NCBI GenBank assembly: GCA_964035545.1
Contig: OZ037769.1
Coordinates: forward strand, 1,364,001-1,428,000
Length of the DNA: 64,000 bases
Direction of reading: 5' to 3'
From: Bugula neritina
Lineage: Eukaryota; Animalia; Bryozoa
The translations under genes were made by a program, and so were the position numbers. Under the pieces are notes generated by a model. That model saw only the letters and a list, made by a program, of their open reading frames with translations, did not search any database and was not told the DNA's origin. This document shows positions 41,401-51,555 of this stretch, in pieces. Positions within the stretch are counted from its first letter, which is position 1. Every line of letters starts with the position of its first letter.

Positions 41401-44400
41401 AACAGAAAGAAGACAACTCCATGCTTGTGACTGTTAATGCAGACTCACATGTATTCTAGTTTACCGTGTGACAACAGCTGGTCACACAACTTCTTAGCTG
41501 TGATATGGTGGTCAGACTCCCACTCGTGTGCATCGAACCAAACCCCTAGTCTCTAAAACACAGCACAATTTCAATAGTCGGTGTAGATATGGTGTACAAT
41601 GTACATAGTATAGAAGTGATGGTAGTGGGTGTAGAGACGGTTGTAGATAGAGTAAAAAACAAAATAACTTGAGAGAGCATAAATGATGAAATAATATTTC
41701 AAAAAGAGACACAAATAATAAGAATACCTGGTATATCTTACTATTACTTTCTATGCTGGCTTTTCGGATTGTCTTCCATAAGTTATATACATCATCTTTA
41801 CCTACAGTGAAGTACTTACAGTACAATATCTACCTACAGTGAAACACTTACAGTATAATATCTACCTACAGTGAAATACTTACAGTATAATATCTACCTA
41901 TAGTGAAATACTTACAGTATAATATCTACCTACAGTGAAATACTTACAGTATAATATCTACCTACAGTGAAACACTTACAGTATAATATCTACCTACAGT
42001 GAAACACTTACAGTATAATATCTACCTACAGTGAAATACTTACAGTATAATATCTACCTACAGTGAGATACTTACAGTATAATATCTACCTACAGTGAAA
42101 TACTTACAGTATAATATCTACCTACAGTGGAATACTTACAGTATAATATCTACCTACAGTGAGATACTTACAGTATAATATCTACCTACAGTGAAACACT
42201 TACAGTATAATATCTACCTACAGTGAAACACTTACAGTATAATATCTACCTACAGTGAAATACTTACAGTATAATATCTACCTACAGTGAAACACTTACA
42301 GTATAATATCTACCTACAGTGAAATACTTACAGTATAATATCTACCTACAGTGAGATACTTACAGTATAATATCTACCTACAGTGAAACATTTACAGTAT
42401 AATATCTACCTACAGTGAAATACTTACAGTATAATATCTACCTACAGTGGAATACTTACAGTATAATATCTACCTACAGTGAGATACTTACAGTATAATA
42501 TCTACCTACAGTGAAACACTTACAGTATAATATCTACCTACAGTGAAACACTTACAGTATAATATCTACCTACAGTGAAATACTTACAGTATAATATCTA
42601 CCTACAGTGAAACACTTACAGTATAATATCTACCTACAGTGAAATACTTACAGTATAATATCTACCTACAGTGAGATACTTACAGTATAATATCTACCTA
42701 CAGTGAAACATTTACAGTATAATATCTACCTACAGTGAAATACTTACAGTATAATATCTACCTACAGTGAAGTACTTACAGTATAATATCTACCTACAGT
42801 GAGATACTTACAGTATAATATCTACCTACAGTGAAATACTTACAGTACAATATCTACCTACAGCGAAATACTTACAGTATAATATCTACCTACAGCACAT
42901 CACTTAGTACAGCTACACACTATATCATAGGAAAGAGTAAATGTGAACACAACTACCTTCATTCAAATCTGAACCGGCACGCTCGACTTCTAGAGCAATG
43001 CTGGGATCTGTTTCCTTTAGTCTGTTCATCTTCACGTAGAGGTCATAGAGATGCTGCACCGCATTCTCCCTCAACAGGTTGGAGTCACCAAACATTCGGT
43101 ATCCAGACGTTATGAGACCTGAACGAGGAAATAATCTATATATTGGTAAACAAAACACAGACACAAACTCTACTGGGTAGACACACAGACAGGCATGAAA
43201 AGAGAAAGACGCACAGACAGACATACCGAATTGAGTTCCCCAGTCTCCGAGATAGTTGATTCGAGTAACTTTGTCACCAAGAGCCGAGTAGAGAGTGGAC
43301 AGAAAGTGCCCGATGAGAGTAGATCTGAGATGGCCAGCGTGGAAGGGCTTTGCGATATTCGGAGAACTGTAGGAGACAATGGAATACGTAATGCTGACAG
43401 CTGATTGGTCCGTTTCAAGTGTAACAATATAAGAAAATTTTACAGTCAGTGAAACATTCACATCATGTTTGCCTGGAGAAAACAATACCACAATTTTTAG
43501 CACACATATATTTAACTAATTCTGACATAATAACTAATAGGAGTAGAAACACATTGGCGACATAGATATCACCACAGTGACAGCTTTATCATAGTAACAG
43601 TATCACTATGGTAATAGCATCACCATAGTGACAATAGAACCATGATGATACTGTCACCATAGCAACAGTATCACTATGGTGATAGCATCACCATAGTAAC
43701 AGTAGAACCATGATGATACTGTCGCCATAGCAACAGTAGGACAAACCTGTAGTCTACTGCAATGTTACTTGTTTGTCGCTTAGTAACACCATTTCCTTTT
43801 TCCTCTAAACTCCAAGAGTGGATGCCGCTGTCTACCCCATGTGCACCTTGTCTAGAGATGATAGTGCTGAGAACACAAGATTTGAATGTGTTCGCATTCA
43901 AATGGAAATCGGTGACGGCCCGATTACGACTAGATTGTGAGGCAACTACTCTATGTATAAAAGAGCTTGTAGCTTGAGATCTGTGAGTCGAGGAAATATT
44001 TTCTAGGGGTGGGCAAAGACCCTTAGCATGCCTAGGATATGTTAACCTAAGACACACTTGTCCATTTTCATTTTTCCTACAAACAACAATTTACTATAAC
44101 AAAAACTTATACAACAAATTTTTGATCACAACACAGTACTAATAACTCATAGGAAAAAAACCGGTGTGAATTTGACTACTGCAGAGCATAAGCTTGATTT
44201 GCAATGAAAAAAACAAATAACCCAACAATTTTTTTTAAAAACAAAAAACAAAAAAACTTTTCTTTATGTCTGTTGAAAGAATTACAATTTATCATTACCC
44301 AGAATGCTTTGCAGATAACTGAAAGGAGCACAAATGAGCAAATTTCTCTGCCTGACAGAAGTTCTTGGTAATCTGTGAAACAACCATGTACTTATGAAAT

Positions 44401-44659
44401 GAAACGGCTTAATAGTAGAGAGAAAGTCTAATTAAAAAATCTCATCTTCTAGCAAAACCAGACTATGATCAGCAATTGCACACAGAATTCTTATTGCTAC
44501 CTTCCATGACAGTACTACCAAAAAAGTACAACGATCACAGGCATAGGACTAGGCATCACTAAACTTATAGCAGAAACTATTCTAATTCTACAAACTAACC
44601 TCGTAGATCACAGCCTTTCGCAGTGCGTGAATATCTGTAAGCTGAAGAGAAATTTTCAT
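38449..44659 (-). CDS. RARS2: Mitochondrial arginyl-tRNA synthetase
   Basis: Multi-exon gene with [23 protein letters not shown] (HIGH motif), [49 protein letters not shown] and ARLLMF...[12 protein letters not shown]. The start codon at 44659 is tentative. Confidence 0.93.
39078..39248. repeat. Intronic minisatellite, 16-bp unit CTATTCTATCTACAAA
   Basis: Directly visible; begins a few bases from a RARS2 donor. Confidence 0.9.
40237..40950. repeat. Intronic minisatellite, 20-bp unit TAGTAGAGTAGATATACTAA, ~35 copies
   Basis: Directly visible; abuts the RARS2 acceptor near 40230. Confidence 0.97.
41800..42895. repeat. Intronic minisatellite, 32-bp unit TCTACCTACAGTGAAATACTTACAGTATAATA, ~34 copies
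   Basis: Directly visible; fills almost the whole RARS2 intron ~41802-42956. Confidence 0.97.
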
Positions 44660-46771
44660 CTTGATCTCGTATTTTGATTTTCAAAGCTAAGGCCAACTCA
44701 ATAAACGTCATGAACTCATAACTTTACCTGAATCCGAAGATAAATTTAATGTAAACGCTAACACGGTGACAGTGTAATTTCAAAACTAATTTACTAAACT
44801 AAAACTTAAAAGTTTGAACATAATGATGATAAATTTCAAAACTACAAAAGTAAAATAGTAAACAGTAAAACACTGAAACAGGTACTGATACTGATAGGTT
44901 TTAAAATATAATAATTCTAATAGTAATAGTAATACTAATACTAATAGTAATTCACTAATAGTTTAGTCAGTATTAGTAATAGTTAATGTAATACTAATAC
45001 TATTAGTAATAGTCATAGTAATGCCTATATTAATACTAATAGTAATACTAAGCCCAACCGTAGCGCCTAACGGTAACGGGTAATCACTGAAAATCATAAT
45101 CATAATGATAACAAACATGAAACTAAATAGAAGTAATACTAAGTCTAATAGTAATACTAATAGATAATCATAATGATAATCTTGTTCTTCGATTAAACTG
45201 AAACTCACATGTACAGAGGTATTTATTAACTATGACAAGTAAAGGCTTTACTTATAGTGACTTTCCTTGCTTATAATATTAATAACCTGAGCGCCAGTAT
45301 CACTGTGACTGCGATTGTAAGAGTAAGTGTAACTGTAAATTGCAATTGTTATTGTTACAGTACGTTAGCAAAGCTATTCAGAGTGCATCTACTATATTTG
45401 AAGATTTTCTCTTTTAACACTTTTTCTACCTCTCCATAAAGAGAACACAAGGTACACCCTTTTCTGCGTGACTATTGGATATTTATAAAAATACAGACAT
45501 TTAATTGGATACAGACGGTAAAGCAGCATTTGGACGTTTTCGTTGCTTAGGTACTGGTAGTTCCAAGAGGCTGCAGGGGGAGCACCCTTAGTATCTTAAT
45601 ATTAGTCGTGTTCAAATAATTCAGCTATGCATGCTTCGCAACACCTTAGTCTTTCATAATCATTTTCTCTCATGAGTCAGTCAATAATATAGTGTTTATA
45701 TAATTATAACCAACAATTTGAAGCAAATATCCAAGATACAAATCAAGTTTTGTGTCTTGTTTTTTAGCATTCAAGGGTTAAATTTTTCTATGCTGGTGCT
45801 CCATTTATGATTTATCATTTTAATAAAGCCGGTTTTGTTCAAAAATATTCACTCAACTTTAAGCTTTTTCATTTTCATTTTGTTCGCTGTTAGTGTTAGT
45901 GTTACACTTTCACTTTGACTTACTGTTACTGTGTTTGCTATTAGTATTAACACTGTTAGTTTTACGGATCGTCTTTAAAACAAAGACTAGCAGTAACTCC
46001 AAGTTTATTTTATGCTTTTACAACTACTACTACAGTACTAGTAGTAGTACTAGTAGACAGTGGTGGTAGCACTAGTATTGCATTTACTATTACTATTAGT
46101 ATTAGTATTACTAGAATTACTATTACTATTAGTATTACTATTACTATTAGTAATAGTATTAATTTTTTTATTAGTATTTTTATTGCAGTCAATGTTACTT
46201 ATACAGTTTTCAGTTTTACTTATGAAATTCATAGCCATATTGTTAAGTACTGAATTTAATATTCAATTTTTATTTTATAGAAATATTTGCATTGCTTAAA
46301 AATTTAAATATTTTTATTAGTAGTACTGTCAATGTTTATCGTTTATCAGTTTATGTTAGTTCTTTTTTTACCTGTTAGGCTGTTAGTGTTAATTTTACTA
46401 CTACTCAGTTGTTATACTCTAATTTTCAGTATGATTATGATTTATGCAATTAATATTGCAATCATTATGATTTTGATTTAAGCTTAACTCTTGATAGTAA
46501 TGATTGTTCACAGCCATTGCAAATGTCTTCATTCAGGCCAAATCATTTTTTTATTCAGCCAAATGTAATTGCTCATGCTAGAAGTGCTTATACTTACCTA
46601 TAATCTTTTTACTTGGAGGCATTAACTCCAGCCTCTGGTATCTAAGCTATAACATTAACTGTGTGTTTGTATTTATACATTTTAAATGAGCTCCTGCTAT
46701 ATTCCAAAGTGTGTACCAACTTATTATTTCACATTTTAATTACTTTGCTATTTTTGTAGCTAAATTTCATC

Positions 46772-48942
46772 ATGACAGCACCTATTGGAGAACTAGCACT
46801 TACCAAACCCGCCCCCAGTTTTTCTGGAACCGCAGTAGTGGATGCTGATTTCAAGACAGTAAAACTTAGTGACTACAAAGGGAAATATGTTGTCTTCTTT
46901 TTCTACCCTCTAGATTTGTAAGTTGATGTTGAAAAAAAGAATTGGACTTGATATAAAATGTTTTGTATTGCAAGTATTTGAATTTTATATATAAAACCAA
47001 TTCAGCATCTACATCTATACCACCCTATTGCTCATTTGAATAAATTTTATAAATAATATTTATCTGTTTGTATTTTCTTTTGTAGTACATTTGTATGCCC
47101 TACAGAGATTATAGCTTTCAGTGATAGAGCTGAAGAATTTCGAGCTATCAATTGTGAGGTAAGCACCAATCAGTGTGAGGTTATTTGAACTATGGTGTCA
47201 TAATATTTGTAGCTGGTTTTAACAGTAGAATACTAAGCTTCTAGTGTTTATTGATTCTCAACGCATATGTTCATAATGGTTTCATTAGCACTGCTCCAAT
47301 GTGGCTATGAGCATGCTAATGCACCTATCCTACAAATTATTTTACAATTTACACAACGCGATATACTAGATATATGTAGATACACATGTAGAAGCTGTAG
47401 GCATATTGATTTCAAAAGCATAATATAATTCAAATTGGTAGCCCAGCTAGAGTTACACAACTTTGTCCTGTGAGCTGTATCAATTAACTCTCTTAAGTAT
47501 CAGGTGATTTAGGGAATATAGCTTATTATAAACACAGCTTTGACACTTTGCATGCATGAATTAGGTAACAGAAATCGATACAGATTACAAGCTAAACATA
47601 AGTAATGGGAAGAAATTCCAGCAAATTTAAAAAGTGCATTTCTAAAGTCAAGTAGTCATATTACAAACAGGCTGTATGACTGGAGTTTTCAAATGATTAT
47701 TAAAACCTGTCCAGTGTCCACATTGGGACATGCATTCATTTTTTAGAAAATTCAAAAACACCCAAATGGTCCAGCTTTTTCTGATCATGCAGCTGATAAG
47801 CAAGTTTTTTTCCAAATACAAATTTAACAATTGCTGACCAAGTAGCAGTGCTTTTCAGTGACACCAAAGCCTTTGAAAGTTCACTCAGTAAAAATAACCA
47901 TGAATAGATTAAATATTAGTTCTTAGTAGATACAGAACTCATAATATTATGCTTCTTAATTCCATTTATGCCTCAGGATTATTTTAAGAGCAGCTAGGGA
48001 ATTTATTCGGCTAAAACTTGTGTCTCTGCTCAGGTTATAGCATGCTCTACCGACTCTGAGTTCAGTCACCTGGCATGGATCAACACTCCACGCAAGCAAG
48101 GGGGTCTTGGAAACATGAACATTCCACTGCTTGCTGACAAAACTTGCGAGATAGCCAAGAAATATGGTGTATATAAGGAAGATGAAGGTATGGCAACATT
48201 ATCATAGCCCACACAAATTTCATTTAGGGCTCCCAAGTGCTCTAAGCTATGGATTTAGCTAACAACCAATAGTTGAGACTCGCATTGCTCTGTTGCCGAG
48301 TATAGTTGGATTTTTTTGTTTTGGGCTAAAAATCATCACCATGTTATCATTCTAACTTCAAATTGCAACTTTTCGCATGCATTATTCGAAACATCAACAA
48401 TAGAATAATCAATTTAAGCTCAAAATTGTAAAATTTAGTGAGCAATAAGAAGCAGTTACAATCAACTAGCTAGTGTTCGGCATATGTAGAATCAACTTAT
48501 GTAATTGATGTTTAAGATTTCGCTTACAGCTTGGAAATTCAACCATTTTATTGATAATGCTAGTCTCAAACTCAGTCTTACTTTTTATTCAGCACTACTA
48601 ATATATTAGCTGGGATTTTTTTGTAACCATGCAGTAGTATATCTTCACTCTAAAATGTATATTTTTCTACTGGCCAACCTTTCGCATTCCAGCTGTTATA
48701 GGCCTGTTTATTTTGCAGGTGTTGCATTCAGAGGTCTCTTCATAATAGATGGCAAGGGCAACCTCAGGCAGATGACTATCAATGATTTACCAGTGGGCCG
48801 ATCAGTAGATGAAACTCTGCGATTGGTGCAAGCATTTCAGTTTACTGACAAGCACGGTGAGGTGTGCCCGGCTGGATGGAGACCTGGTAAAGAAACTATT
48901 AAACCTGATCCCAAAGGCAGCAAATCTTTCTTCCAAAAGTAA
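46772..48942 (+). CDS. PRDX: Typical 2-Cys peroxiredoxin (Prx1/2-like, no targeting peptide)
   Basis: Exons 46772-46917, 47086-47158, 48034-48187 and 48719-48942. Motifs FYPLDFTFVCPTE (peroxidatic Cys), [23 protein letters not shown] (resolving Cys). Confidence 0.97.
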
Positions 48943-50506
48943 ATGGTCTATCCACCAACTGTGCCTGTTGTAGTTACTACGCAGCTTTAGTGTAATTGAT
49001 TGCTAAAGAGATAGTCTCAAATTAATTATTGTTATTCTGATAAACTAGGACATTTTTCTTTTTTAGACAATTTACTGAATCCAGTTTTTTTTATACAAAT
49101 TTTACACTTCCTGTTTGCTGTACTGAGATGTTGCCTATTGGTGCATGAATAGTTTTACAGAGGTTGTTTAATTAATATCATTTCCCTAACTGAAAGGGCA
49201 GGTTTTTTGAGGAAAGGTTATTGGGTGAGCTATGAATATTAAGTCGAGTTTTCTGTAACCCCAAGCTATCCTCAGTCAGTCAACAGTTTTAATTTTGATG
49301 ACTCAAGTGTAGTATAACTCAAATTAATTTTCTTGGAAGATAATTTCAAGTTCCTTTATAAAAAGAATGTTTTATTAAATAGCAACTCTATAACTGTTGG
49401 CTACATTTGCTATAGTTGAGCTACAGGTAGATGCAAAAAGTCAATTTGCTTTGGATGAATTTATTGTTTATAATAGGAATATTATTCTATGCTCGGTTAT
49501 TAGGAAATATTTCTGTTTCCAGCGTAGATCTGAGAGAGTAATCTCAACAATGTCATGCTCACTGCTTTTGTTATTTTCATATTGTATTGCTTTATTAGCC
49601 AATTGTGATAGACTGCTGTGATGTACCTTTATATTACTAATATTGTGGTAAATATAACTGTTATGCATAAATAGAGGCATGTTATATTGGTATTATTATT
49701 GTTGTGATATTAAGAGCCCTGTGTTATTATTGAACAATATAGAACTTATATACAGTATACTATGATTTATGATGCTTACAATTATAGATTTACAGTGTAA
49801 ATCATTGCAAATTATAACCTCCAAGTTGAGATACTGGGACAATATTATATTGAATGATCGTTGTAAAACCTTACATAGAATTCAACTGCACATAATGTTT
49901 TACAATGTTAGAATGTTTTACCAAAATAAAATATCTCGTATGGAAGTAATATTGTTATGGAATATACAATAAAGTTACAATTTGTTAACTGTATCAATAT
50001 ATGGTCAATAATAGCACATTTATATGGGTAAAATCATAAACTATAAAAATAAGTTGGCTGTTGGTAGTATTCCATTACAATAGACTATAGAGAATGATGG
50101 AGTAAAAGCTGGTAAAATGGCAGTACAATCCGATACATGATATTTCTGTATTCCCTTCAGTGTTACCAAGATAATCTGACCGTTGCATTTAGATAGAGAA
50201 AGTATTTAATAATTAGGTTTATAGTTTTTAATCTCAAAGAAGCCCAAATAATGCAAACCAAAATTAAGTTGCCAAAATGAATTTAAACATGATGAAAATA
50301 ATTGACACTAAAAGGTTACCTGCTAGCACTTTGCTGTTCCCATAACAGAAGGAGCATACACCTGCTTGGCCAGCATACTCCAAATGAAACCAGACAACAT
50401 GAACTGACAGAACAATAGAAAATGGGAACAGGTTCATGTGTTGCCTAAATTATATCTTGCTGTGAAATTAACCCTCAATAAAAGGCTGGTGAAATTTCAA
50501 GAAGTC

Positions 50507-51357
50507 TGTCACCACTATAAACAGTGGGGGAACAATTCTCAACAGTTTTCAACTGTGACATGATTCGTGACGGTCTCCACTATTACAGTGGGAGAATAAT
50601 TCCCAACAGCATAAGCTGTGACGAGACGGGTCTAGATAACTTTAGTAAACAAATTATAAACGAGTTAGCATAGCTACTTGATAAATATATTTGCTTATTA
50701 ACCAATATTGAGTGAGGACAACATAGCCATGTTTTCATTCATCACAGCTGGAGAAAATTTAGCTTTCAACGGGCATAAATTCTCATCAGCAATCGAAACT
50801 TAGCTTCTAGTTGATCCAATTGAAAGTTATTCATTTGTGTAAAACCAATTGTGACAGAGCAACAACAGTCGCCACTAGCAGAGTGGGGGAACAAATCCCA
50901 ACAGTGTAAAACTGTGACTTTATTTTAGAACAATATTCAACATATAATACTAGACTTGCCTTGATTGTGTCACAGATTTTACTCCATCAATTGATCGGGT
51001 CACATTATATGTTAGTCCACAGATAACGTTCACTCAACTTATTAATTTACAAATAAGCACTTGCTGGCAAACCAGTGAGTAAATTTCAACATTTTGAAGG
51101 AGTAAAACATGTGATGTCTACTAAAACGAGTGTTTCAACACATGAGTGGTAGAGCAGTACCAACCTTAGACATAGAGAATATATAAGATAGGCTGCAGTG
51201 TGCTTTATTCAACAGTAAATGTACATACATAAAATGAACATAAAAAGTCAAGTTACAGAATATTACACTGTAGATATGGAAATAAGAGTAAGTCGCCAAC
51301 CCAGATAGTCCGGTTGGGGGCGTTCAGGACGTCCCAACAGCTGTTAATAGCTGTGAC
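50507..51357. ncRNA. Cluster of four copies of a putative structured four-way-junction RNA element (family unknown)
   Basis: Copies at 50507-50560, 50573-50622, 50867-50919 and 51292-51357 share junction residues, while stems covary and loops differ. Confidence 0.55.
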
Positions 51358-51555
51358 ACGCACTTGCCTGTCTCTCAGTTAGTTATATTCTCCAACGTCT
51401 CTCAATATATACAAACGCCTACCTTCAACTTAGACACACGGCGAACAGTTAGGAAGTTGTGTACTCAGGTTTGTGTTGAATAAATTTACGACCTACCCAC
51501 TGCATAGAAACAGTCTCACACATGGTGACAGCTATATGGTACAAGCTACGAGGCT

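Noticed and set aside
41800-42895. Regular ~32-bp repeats as a CRISPR array
   Set aside because: The repeats are head-to-tail with no unique spacers, lie in a eukaryotic intron, and no cas genes are present.
45257-45451. Upstream ORF as a targeting peptide for the peroxiredoxin
   Set aside because: There is no ATG start, and an in-frame TAA precedes the putative donor.
48940-48990. Stop-codon readthrough or selenocysteine recoding in Prx as an explanation for the 3' structures
   Set aside because: The stop is TAA, the CDS has no in-frame TGA, and the elements lack a SECIS AUGA/GA core.
50468-50790. Telomerase RNA (TAACCCT template-like 7-mer; CTTTCAACGGGC resembling a pseudoknot strand)
   Set aside because: The template match is too short, there is no complementary strand to form the pseudoknot, and no CR4/5 or H/ACA domain is evident.
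50750-50800. Hammerhead ribozyme cores (CTGATGAG on the - strand here; CTGAGGA..GAAA at ~1837-1900; CTGATGAG at ~61095)
   Set aside because: In none of these is stem II closed immediately before GAAA, and stems I and III are missing.
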